A DNA stretch of 64,000 bases, from contig NC_069004.1 of assembly GCF_001194135.2 (NCBI RefSeq), positions 14,783,423 through 14,847,422 of the forward strand, written 5' to 3'. Positions 52,831 through 64,000 of the stretch are shown here, piece after piece (within the stretch, counting starts at the first letter, position 1; each line of letters opens with the position of its first letter). Origin of the DNA: Octopus bimaculoides. Lineage: Eukaryota. The notes under the pieces are model-generated. The model saw nothing but the letters and a program-made list of their open reading frames with translations. It was not told the DNA's origin and made no database searches. Position numbers and translations under genes: made by a program.

Positions 52831-53332
52831 GAAACTGTTAGATAGGATTACGATCCCATGTCCAAGTGGTGGCTTTAAATTGGGCTGTGAGTTAATTAGG
52901 TTTACCACCCAAGGTCCAAGTAGTAATATTGGTTTCAGATTTTGGCACAAGGCCAGTAATTTCAGGGAAAGGGGTTAAGTCAATTACATCGACCCTGAAA
53001 GGATAAAAGGTAAAGTTGACCTCAGCGGAATTTGAACTCAGAACGTACAAACAGACAAAATACCACTAAGCATTTCACCTGGCATGCTAACAGTTCAACC
53101 AGCTCACTGCCCTGAGTAGTAATATTAAAAGAGGCAATGAGCTAGGTAAAACAACCAGCCAAGGTCCAGATAGTGATGCTAAACTGGACAGTGTTTTAGA
53201 CTTACCACCTTGGGACCACATGGCAGAGTTAAACCAGGTGGTATTAATGAATATTTTGTATAATTTTCATTTTTTTAAACTTATTCCTCCATTTTTAAAA
53301 AATTTATTTTTGTGTTATTTATGTTTTTCCAG

Positions 53333-53443
53333 CATTTCTCAGAAGATGGTGAGAATGATCAAGATGAAATCCTGTTTGAATGCCTTCCGCTATTTGTCAT
53401 CAATAGCAACACTCCGGTCTTATGAACATGTGAATACAAAACG
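53333..53443 (+). CDS. Candidate coding exon (111 nt, phase 2 to 2, ISQKMVRMIKMKSCLNAFRYLSSIATLRSYEHVNTK)
   Basis: Strong acceptor ttatgtttttccag, strong donor ACG|gtaaga. The only stop-free frame matches the phase left by exon 39247-39362. Lies in track ORF 53220..53447. Confidence 0.55.
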
Positions 53444-53729
53444 GTAAGAAGAACTTCTTTTTTTCACTAACAGAAAATTCCAAACCAATTACTTTTTTGT
53501 ATATTGAGCCATGCAAATGTTAAACAAAAGATGATCAGTGCTACAACTGTGGCTGTTTGTTTCCTTTTTTCAAACAAGCACAAAATAACTGTGTTAAGAA
53601 CTCCACATCCGATCCAAAGGAGTTCCAGGTTTGATCTTATTGTGTGGCATTTTGAGAAACTGTTTTCTATTATAATCTTAAATTGACCAATTTCTTATGA
53701 ATTAAATTTAATACATGAAAACTGTGCAG

Positions 53730-53772
<43 letters not shown>

Positions 53773-54282
53773 NNNNNNNNNNNNNNNNNNNNNNNNNNNN
53801 NNNNNNNNNNNNNNNNNNNNNNNNNNNNNNNNNNNNNNNNNNNNNNNNNNNNNNNNNNNNNNNNNNNNNNNNNNNNNNNNNNNNNNNNNNNNNNNNNNNN
53901 NNNNNNNNNNNNNNNNNNNNNNNNNNNNNNNNNNNNNNNNNNNNNNNNNNNNNNNNNNNNNNNNNNNNNNNNNNNNNNNNNNNNNNNNNNNNNNNNNNNN
54001 NNNNNNNNNNNNNNNNNNNNNNNNNNNNNNNNNNNNNNNNNNNNNNNNNNNNNNNNNNNNNNNNNNNNNNNNNNNNNNNNNNNNNNNNNNNNNNNNNNNN
54101 NNNNNNNNNNNNNNNNNNNNNNNNNNNNNNNNNNNNNNNNNNNNNNNNNNNNNNNNNNNNNNNNNNNNNNNNNNNNNNNNNNNNNNNNNNNNNNNNNNNN
54201 NNNNNNNNNNNNNNNNNNNNNNNNNNNNNNNNNNNNNNNATATACTATTAAACCTTGCAAACCAAATATGAACTATATATAT

Positions 54283-54329
<47 letters not shown>

Positions 54330-56927
54330 AGGATGCATGGCTTAGTGGTTAGGGGTGTTGCACTCATGACTTAGCGATCATGATTTCAGTTCCTAGGCCA
54401 TGTGGTAGGTTGTGTTCTTGAGCAAAATACTATCTCACATTGCTTTTCAATTACTTCAACACCTGACGCATGGTACACCATATACCTATTCAGCCAGCAT
54501 CAATTTGATGGAGGGAGTGAGCTAATGTACAGCATGAATATTTGATCAGTATAAACAAATCATTTGAGCAGGTCGTTCAGCAAAATAGCTGAACACTCAT
54601 TTGCCATTTTCAGCAGGAGAGTGCATCACATGCACGTGCACGCATGCATGCATGCACACACACAAAATGATGATGAAGAAACTAAAAAAGGAGAACCCTA
54701 TTCTGAAAACTGACAATTATTTGTATCAGGCATTCAGCTGTAAAAATCATGCCAAAACTGGAATGTACTGGTGAGACATCCCTGAATTATCCAAGAGAGT
54801 AGTAGCTCTAAATACGAATTGATTTGGAACTTCACAATCTACCCAACCCATGCCAGCATCTTAGGCAGATGCAAAATGACAATGATAATGATGAATAAAT
54901 GTTAACTGGTATAGTTGTATGAATTGGCCCAGGCATTTACTGTGTGATAAGATATTTGTTTCGCAGCCACATGGTTCTGTATTCAGTCCCAATTCGTGGC
55001 ACCTTGGGTAAGTGTCTTCTACTATAGCCTTAGGCCAACCAAAGCCTTGCGAGTTGACTTGGTAGGTGAAAACTGAAAGAAGCCTGTCATGTGTGTGTGT
55101 GTATCTTTGTGACTGTGTTTGTCCCCCACCACTGCTTTACAACCTGTATTGATGTGTTTACATCCTCATAACTTAACAGTTTGGCAAAAGAGACTGATAG
55201 AATAGATACCAGGCTTTTAAAAAAAATATCTAATTACTGGGGTTGATTCATTCAGCTAAAATTCTTCAAGGTGGTGCCCCAGCATGGCCACAGTCTAATC
55301 ACTGAAACAAGTCAAAGGTTGAAAGATAACAGTTTCTTCTTTCTTGTAAGTTTGCCAGTTTATTAAATGTTGGCTGATTAATTGTCGAAACAACTGTTTT
55401 GACAATTGGTCTCCCTTCGCTGAACCATAACAATAGGGGAACCAGTCAACGAGAGGTAACTGCAATGATTCATCTATTCACCCTTGTCTGTTTTTTTTTT
55501 AATAACTGGCCTGAAATCACATTTGTTAAATTGTTCATATTTCAGTCAAAATCTCAATTAAAATCTCATTATCACATAAATAATATCATGAAATTCTACT
55601 TTGAAAATATCTAGAGTATTATTATATACCAGAATAACAAGCAAGAGAGCGTCTCTGTGTGATTGCTCTACATGCTAGCAATAGTGACCAAATCTCTCTC
55701 GATGCATCCACTGTCTTAGGAAAAAGATACACTGAATAATGTGATCCCGGGTTCTCTATGCATAGTAAAAAGACAGGATGGTCATATCTAGAATGTCCTT
55801 GATCATAGGTCAGCTTGGTTAGAGCTGACCAGAAACTAAATAACAACAACCAATATATAAAAAATTACAGATATTTCTGTAAAACTTTTTCAAAGACTTC
55901 TTAGAGAAGACTTTGGAAATTAATGTATTTGAAGATTAATTAATGTAGTGAAAATTAATCGAAACACTTAGGCAGCCTATTCATTAGAAATATAATTAAG
56001 AAAAGGTTAATAAAGCTTGCAAAAATTGAATAAGTTTGCATGTGATACAGAGAAGCATTTGCTTATGATTCTGTAGTTGTTTTATTTTTTTTTCATTTAG
56101 TCTCAAACATAAGAATTTACCTTATCACTTCTTCCAGTGCACAAACTTATCAAGTTTGTGTCCCATAAAGAGTCATGTCTTCTAATGTTTCAGTGAAGCC
56201 TTTCTTTTCATTTCTTCTCCAAGAAAGATAACGGTTCTGTCCACAACAATGTTAAAATTTACATCTTCCTTTTTTGCAGCATACAAACTTATTTAGTTTT
56301 TAGTACAGATTTTATTCACATATTTTTGCTGACAAAGGCTATCAATTGTTTCCATGAACATAATGTCTTTCTGAACTAGTTATAGCCATGGTGTGTCTGT
56401 GTGGTAAGAAGCTTGCTTCCTAACCACATGGTCGTGGGTTCAGTCCCACTGAGTGGCACCTTGGCAAATGTATTCTACTACAGCCTCAGGCCAATTAAAT
56501 CCTTATGAGTGGATTTGGCAGACAGAAACTGAAAAAGCTTGTTGTATATATATGATTTGGATGATGAAGGCACATTGCTCAGTTGTTAGAGTGTCAGGCT
56601 CACAATCATGAGGCAGTGAGTTCAATTCTTGGACTAGGCTGTGTTCTTGAGTAAGACACTTTATTTCACATTGCTCCAGTTCACTCAGCTGCAGAAATGA
56701 TTTGCAACATCACTGGTGCCAAGCTCTATCAGCTTTTGCCTTTCTTTTGGATAACATCTGTGGCATGGAAAAGGGTGGCTGGTATGCATGGGCGACTGCT
56801 AGCCTTCCATGAACAACCTTGCCCAGACTTGTGCCTCAGAGGGGAACTTTCGAGGTGCAATACCATGGTTATTCATGACAGAAGGGGGTCTTTACCCATA
56901 CCAATGATGATGATGAAAAAAAAAAAA

Positions 56928-56974
<47 letters not shown>

Positions 56975-57451
56975 TGTCCCCCACTACCACTTGGCAACCA
57001 GTGAAATCATAGTTGTGTTCAATGCTGGTGACATGTAACTGGTACCCATGCCGGTGGCACATAATAAGTGCTCTCTGAACATTGGGCCTCACAGACGCAA
57101 TGATAAGTGACCAAATCCTTTGGTGATATCCCATGTTTGAGAAGACCCATCAAGGCAAGTGAAATCGTAGTTGTGGCACATAAAGAGCAGCCATTACACT
57201 CTTGGAGTGGTTGGCATTAGGAAGGGCATCCAGCTGTAGAAACCATGTCAAATCAGACTAGAACCTGGTGCAGCCCTCTGGTTCGCCAGTTCCAATCAAA
57301 CCATCTAACCCATGCCAACATGAAAAGTGGACGTTAAATGAAGATGATGAACCTTTTCTGTTAAATTGACTCTGTAGTCTAGTATCAGTCTGTAATAACA
57401 ACTGTTTTCCCTTCACTGATATTCATAATTTCCTTGGAAATATCATAAATC

Positions 57452-57725
57452 CATGCCTGTCGCTAAGGGTGGGGTGCACTTGATGGCACTGCCCCCTCAC
57501 CATTCAGTGGTGCACTCTCAGATTTAGAAAACAGTTTACAAAAATCTTCCTGCAATACATTTCTTGAAGTCTAACATTCTCATTGAATAGTGAGGGGGCA
57601 CTGTTGAATGGTGCACCCTCAGATTTGGAAAATACAGTTTACAAAAATCTCCCTGCAATACAAATTAATGCCCATCCAGAATATTCTTAAGCACTCCCAG
57701 TCACTAAAATCTGGTAACAGGCTTG
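57452..57725. mobile_element. hAT-like MITE, 274 bp, with internal repeats
   Basis: Perfect 8-bp TSD cataaatc (57444-57451, 57726-57733); imperfect TIR catgcctgtcgc / gtaacaggcttg. Confidence 0.8.
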
Positions 57726-58272
57726 CATAAATCTCACATCTTTCCATGTCCTATTTTTCTACAAAGACTTTCTTCAGCAGAATTCTCAGTCAGCAAACTT
57801 GAGGGTAAAGTCCAGTTTCCTTTCTGCTTTGTCTCCCAAATTCTTGTTCTCGATCCTGGGTGTACTGATTTTGCTGTTTTTTCCCCCCAGTCTTAACGAT
57901 GTGTGAAATTGACTTCAAGTATTTGGAAAAAATCCAGTTATTGTTGAAAGTTTGATCTAAACAACCATAGAAAGATTGATAGCTTCTACTCTGCCAAAAT
58001 CCTGTTATTACACTTAATATATCGATTGTAAATTATATCATTTTCTGAGAAAAAAATTTTTTTTCTCTCTCTGCAATTATTGATTTATTTGAGTTCTTTT
58101 TTTTTCTTGTTTATTTTTTATTTTTTTGGTTTTCCTTTCATCTGTCTCTTAATCTCATCTTCTTTTGTCCTTCAATAGACTTCCCCTCCCTCTACTTTGT
58201 CTCCATTTCCATACAACACTAACATTTTGATTTAAATTTCATTGAATTTTTTCTTTGCTCTTTCTCTCTCTA

Positions 58273-58320
<48 letters not shown>

Positions 58321-58787
58321 CCACCAATTTACCTCCTCCCTCTCCCTCTATAGTCTGCAGGTTTCTCCGAGAAATAAGAATACAGATTATTTCCCTTGTA
58401 TTGCACCATTCTTCTGCATAGCTTATAGATTTGTTGCATGTTTATAAATGTCTAGACTACTTTTTTCCTGTCTTCCTCTTTTGATAATACTGACCATAAC
58501 TGCTACACCAAATTAATGTATATCCTGTTATTTTATTGGTAAATGATTTTTTTTTTTAGCATTGAATGCTATAGCACTTGTACACACATGCAAAATACAT
58601 ACATATCTGCTGATATACATATATCAAATTCATACAATATATACACAAAAGGCCACAAGCATGGCTGTGTGCTGAAGAAGTTTTCCTTTGCCACCAGTGA
58701 TTCTAGGTTCAGTTCCCTCCCCAGCACATTGGGCAAGCATCTTCTACCATAGTCTTATGAGTGGAATTTTGAAACTGCACTCTTCCA

Positions 58788-58826
<39 letters not shown>

Positions 58827-59276
58827 NNNNNNNNNNNNNNNNNNNNNNNNNNNNNNNNNNNNNNNNNNNNNNNNNNNNNNNNNNNNNNNNNNNNNNNNNN
58901 NNNNNNNNNNNNNNNNNNNNNNNNNNNNNNNNNNNNNNNNNNNNNNNNNNNNNNNNNNNNNNNNNNNNNNNNNNNNNNNNNNNNNNNNNNNNNNNNNNNN
59001 NNNNNNNNNNNNNNNNNNNNNNNNNNNNNNNNNNNNNNNNNNNNNNNNNNNNNNNNNNNNNNNNNNNNNNNNNNNNNNNNNNNNNNNNNNNNNNNNNNNN
59101 NNNNNNNNNNNNNNNNNNNNNNNNNNNNNNNNNNNNNNNNNNNNNNNNNNNNNNNNNNNNNNNNNNNNNNNNNNNNNNNNNNNNNNNNNNNNNNNNNNNN
59201 NNNNNNNNNNNNNNNNNNNNNNNNNNNNNNNNNNNNNNNNNNNNNNNNNNNNNNNNNNNNNNNNNNNNNNNNNNNN

Positions 59277-60565
59277 TTGAAATTATTCAAAATGGTTCTC
59301 TTTGCTGATGATACACTGCTCCAGATGTTTATTTTTTTTCTATTTTCCTGTTTTGTAACACCTCCTGGGATGTGTTTCATGGATAATGTACAGTTCTTAT
59401 AGTGAATTGCATTCAAGTTAGAAAACAAAAATATCCATAGAGACAAAATTCAAAGAATATGGCAGCTGGTAGATGTGAGTAGTTTCATACTTTGCCAAAA
59501 AATCACAGATAAAATGTGATGCATAAGTAGCTGCATAGTCATGGTGCAGCATCTATATTTTGTTTGTCTGTGCCTCATGTCTCTTCCTTTGCAGAGCCTC
59601 TCTGAAACAGCTCGGGATAACCAAAGAAAACTCTTTGCTGATCGTTTTACCATATGGGACAAACTCTTGAAGAAACCTGTTCTTTCATTCAAAAATGATG
59701 ACCAGCACCACCTATCATCAAAAATGATGATCTGCATCATCTATCATCAAAAATGACGATCTACATCATCTGTCATCAAAAATGACAATTTACATCACCT
59801 ATCATCAAAAATGATCTACATCACCTCTTAGAACAGTTCTGATGTCCTTATTTTAATGTCAGCAATGCTGGTGTAGTTCACTGCATTTGCTTCATTTTTG
59901 TTTTCACATTGTATCTGTACATTTACATTTCAGCAAGTTTTTATTAGTATTTAAGCGATCAAACGATTCTTGACTCACTATGACTCGATTCTCTATTTTG
60001 TTCATATGCTACTAGACACAATGCAAATTTTGCAGCAACATGTTACATCTTTAGTTTTCTTTTAAAATCATGTAGTGAAAACATTTGCATTTGCTTACTT
60101 CTTCAGAAATTTCATCAATAGTCAGGCAATGGTTTTTATAGATCACAGCACTCGCTTTCACAAAGTGATTATCATTGTCCATTGTCGTGGAACATCATCC
60201 AGATATTGCATCGTTGTTGGTGAATGTTTTTCTTCATTTAAAAAGTTAATACCATTTGTGACATTGCATACAGCTCATTCTCCCTCAAAAGCTTGGTGCA
60301 ACATTGGAAAAAGATTTGCACAAGTCAAGTTTTTCTCTGATTTGAAACAGAATTTCACATAAACTTGTTACTCTTCCAAATCCTTCACTGTTCAACATAC
60401 AATAAATCACCAAGTGCTGTAGACATACATTCACCCTAGTTCATGCATCACAGACTAACTGATATGGCATGAAATACCTGTATGGGTGGCCTTGACTGAA
60501 AATCAGAGTCTTTGTTAGCCCTCTGTTTTTTTTAAAGTTCAATTTCCTTTTGGACACATTTCATA
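59277..60565 (-). mobile_element. Decayed mariner transposon with one recognisable TIR; other end lost in the gap
   Basis: VKFCFK...MLHQAFEGE...LTIDEISEEV...NRVIVSQESFDR...EFVPYG...LHHD.AA...FLAKYETT...EQCIISKENHFE. TIR-like tatgaaatgtgtccaaaaggaaattgaacttt near 60535-60565. Confidence 0.85.
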
Positions 60566-61895
60566 TACATATATAATACACACACATTTACATGTATGTA
60601 TGCTGGTACCATGTAAAAATCACCCATGCTGGTGTCACATAATAGAGCATTCATGCTAGTGACATGTACAAGTGCACCCATCCTGGTACCATGTAAAAAT
60701 CACCCATGCTGGTGTCACATAATAGAGCATTCATGCTAGTGACATGTACAAGTGCACCCATCCTGGTACCATGTAAAAATCGCCCTTATCAGTACCACAT
60801 AAAAGTGCACCCATGCTGGAACCATGTACTAAGAAGCATCCAGTATACTGTGTTAGGAAGGGCATCCAGCCATAGAGACCACACCAGAACAGATGACTGG
60901 AGCTTAGTGCAGCCTTCCAACTTGCCAGCCTCCGTCAAATCATCCAAGCCATGTCAACAGGGAAAATAAGTGCTAAATGATGATGATACACACACATACA
61001 CCATCATTATTGTCGTTGTCGTTGTCACCTAACATCCATGTTCCATACTGGCATGAGTTGGACAGTTTGACAAGATCCAATGGGTCTAAACACTGCATCA
61101 TGCTCTAATGTCTGTTTTGGCATGGTCTTTACAACTGAATAATACTCTTCTGAATGCTAGCCACTTGGCCATATCTACTGGGTGCATTTTTCATCCCACC
61201 AGCACTAGTGAGGTCACCATGCAATTCAATGACTATGACCCCCAAGTGGATGCTGGCTTTATGCTAAGAGTTGAGAGGTTAAAATGTGTGAGAAAGGGGC
61301 AGAGCAGATTCTTGCTGTAAAGGATTTATGTGGCTCCTCACATTCATTCTGAATTCAAATTTTGCCAAGGTTAACTTTGCCTTCCACCCTTTTGGGGTCA
61401 GTAAAATAAGTACCATTTGAGCACCAGGATCAGTGTAATCGACTTACCCCCACCCCTGAAATTGCTGGTCTTGTGCCAAAATTTAAAACCAGCATAAATC
61501 ATCATTGTCATCATTTCAACTTCCCTCTTTCCTTGCAGGGGTTGGTTTGGGTTGACTGAAGTTTATTTGAGGCAGATTTTCTATGGTCACATCCTCTTCC
61601 CATCCCCAGCCCTCCTGCATCAAAGCAAATTAGTATTACCCCATAACCAGACATATGGCCGTAGAATATTGGCTTCAAATTTTAGAACGAGGCCAGTAAT
61701 TTCAGGGGAGTTGGTACATCAACCCCAGTGCCCAACTGGGACTTATTTTATCAACTGTGAAAGGATGAAAGCAAAGTCAACCCTGGCAGAATTTGAACTC
61801 AGAACATAAAGACAGATGAAATGCTCCTAAGCATTTCGCCCAGCATGCTAACAATTCTGCTAGCTTGCCCCTTATGGCTATACTCTCTCTCTTTC

Positions 61896-62260
61896 GCTTT
61901 TACTTGTTTCAGTCATTTGACTGTGGCCATGATGGAGCGCCGCCTTTAGTCGAGCAAATCGACCCCAGAACTTATTCTTTGGAAGCCTAGTACTTATCCT
62001 ATCGGTCTCTTTTGCTGAACCACTAAGTTACGGAGACGTACACACACCAGCATCAGTTGTCAAGCTATGTTGGGAGGGACAAACACAGACACACAAACAT
62101 ATACATATATATGACAGGCTACTTTCAGTTTCTGTCTACCAAATTCACTCACAAGGCTTTGGTCGGCCCAAGGCTATAGTACAAGACACTTGCCCAAGGT
62201 GCCACTGAACCCAGAACCATGTGGTTGGTAAGCAAGCTACTTACCACACAGCCACCTCTA
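61896..62260 (-). mobile_element. SINE family A, full-length copy
   Basis: Reverse complement of family A head, body and tail. Confidence 0.85.
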
Positions 62261-62422
62261 CGCCATAGTCTATTAGGAATAAATAACACTGTCTGTATGA
62301 CCATTACAATCATTTACAACTACCACACAATGCCAAGACAAGGAAGCAAACAATCATACATATGCACACACATACACACACATGGCTCCCTATTTCATTA
62401 GTTTCTTTTCTCTGTTTTTCAG

Positions 62423-62483
62423 CCTATACCTTGCAGGTCTCACCACTGGGGTTTTCACAACCTGGAGCATGTTCTGTAAAAAT
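62423..62483 (+). CDS. Candidate coding exon (61 nt, phase 2 to 0, LYLAGLTTGVFTTWSMFCKN)
   Basis: Strong acceptor tttcttttctctgtttttcag, donor AAT|gtaagt. The phase 2 frame is open and continues the chain; a phase 1 frame is also open. Confidence 0.5.
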
Positions 62484-63217
62484 GTAAGTATCTCAGACTA
62501 AATATGCTCTCTTTTGTAAAATTGATTCGTAAATAAACTCTGTTGAACATTTTCACCATCATCATCATCATTACCATCATTATTGCCACCACCACCACCA
62601 CCGTTATCTTTACTATCATTATCAGCAGCAACACCACCATCATTGTCATTATGAGCCAAAAGAATGGGGAGGCTGTTGCTAGAAAAAGTAATCAAATCTC
62701 CCCTGAATTGCACACCACCATTAAAAAAAAATGACACATTGTACTGCATTGTCTAAAGTTCATTATTCATAGGAAAAAAATTGGGATGGTCACAAATGGA
62801 TTGCTTTTGATCATGACTCTACTTGATCAGAGCCATTGTACAGAACTAAAGAACATCATGATCATCTATTAACATCATGCTTTTGCTGCTGCTACTGCTG
62901 CTGCTGCTGCTGCTTCTTCTTNNNNNNNNNNNNNNNNNNNNNNNNNNNNNNNNNNNNNNNNNNNNNNNNNNNNNNNNNNNNNNNNNNNNNNNNNNNNNNN
63001 NNNNNNNNNNNNNNNNNNNNNNNNNNNNNNNNNNNNNNNNNNNNNNNNNNNNNCTCCTCCTCCTCCTCCTCCTCCCTCTTCTTCTTCTAATGTGTCAACC
63101 ATTTAATCAGTAATACACCAGATTTCTGTGTTTCACTGCATCATTCTCTGATCCATGCCTGAATAACTGCATCTTCCCACCCAGTCAGCTATCACTCTTC
63201 TTCTGATGTTACTCTTG

Positions 63218-63740
63218 TCACCAACATGCGGTACCACCAATAGTTCTTTCACTAACATGTGGTACCGCTAATAGTTCTTTCACTGATGTGACACCACTGC
63301 TAGTCCTCTTACCAACTATTAGTGATACCACTAATAGTTCTTTCACTGACATGTGACGCCACTGATAGTCCACTCACCAACATGTTGTACTACTGATAGG
63401 CCTTTCACTGACATGTAGTTCCACTGCTAGTCTTCTTACTAACATCTGGTATCACTACTGGATCTTTCACTGACATGTAGCACAACTGATAGTCTACCCA
63501 CCAACATGTAGTACCACTAATAGATCTTTCACTGGCATGTGGTACCGCTGATAGCCCACTCACCAACATGTGGTGGTACCACTAATAAGTCTTTCACTGA
63601 CATGTGGTACCACTAACAGTTTTTTTACTGACATGTGGTATCACTGATAATCCACTCCCCAACATGTGATGCCACTAATAGTCCTCTTATGAAACTTATA
63701 GCATCACTGATAGTCCTCTAACCAATATGCGATATCACTG
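63218..63740. repeat. Minisatellite, 31-bp unit x about 17 (cactgacatgtggtaccactaatagttcttt)
   Basis: Direct unit-by-unit reading. Confidence 0.9.
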
Positions 63741-64000
63741 AGACTGCTGTGGATCTCAGCTAGGCCAAGGTATGGTATAACAGACAGATATCATACAAGC
63801 CATACCTAGTTATTCAGCTATTTACTTGTATGCTATAAGTTGGCTTTATAAGAGCTCACCTTGAGTTACATAGCTGCAATAACAACAACAATAACTACAG
63901 AATCTTTCCATGGTCTTTGTTTGCCACTGAATGGATTGGATGCAGGAAGAATTTAGTATCTTGTTCACGAGCACAGAATGACAATGGTCTTTCTTATTTA

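Noticed and set aside
12178-59446. Long track ORFs containing X runs
   Set aside because: They are artefacts of N gaps; the flanks are microsatellite or SINE.
63218-63740. CRISPR-like array
   Set aside because: Units are contiguous and degenerate with no unique spacers; eukaryotic context and no cas genes.

Overview
AT-rich eukaryotic (metazoan) genomic DNA with about 15 assembly gaps (about 5 kb of N, mostly flanked by AT/CT microsatellites). The repeat landscape suggests a cephalopod, probably Octopus; this is inference from recalled repeat motifs, not a database match. No prokaryotic genes, CRISPR, rRNA or intact tRNA were seen. Nearly all long ORFs in the supplied track are artefacts of N-runs or microsatellites. 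The window is dominated by three tRNA-derived SINE-like families, the short 3' tail of an RTE-type LINE, decayed RTE, R4/Dong, CR1 and Penelope retroelement pieces, three Tc1/mariner transposase relics, several MITEs with clear TIRs/TSDs (hAT, Tc1/mariner, TTAA/piggyBac-like) and mini/satellites. Between them I find five short + strand candidate exons (9592-9625, 22016-22096, 39247-39362, 53333-53443, 62423-62483) with good splice sites and mutually compatible phases. They suggest an unidentified host gene with 9-17 kb introns running through the window. Most interesting leads: a rod-like fold-back element with a complete hammerhead-ribozyme core (24877-25115), a second hammerhead-like motif (46026-46067), a palindromic element with a telomeric-repeat core (25283-25480), a CpG-rich 132-codon orphan frame inserted into a SINE (15857-16517), and several cases of tandem repeats born from transposons. 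All assignments were made by eye; none was confirmed by search.
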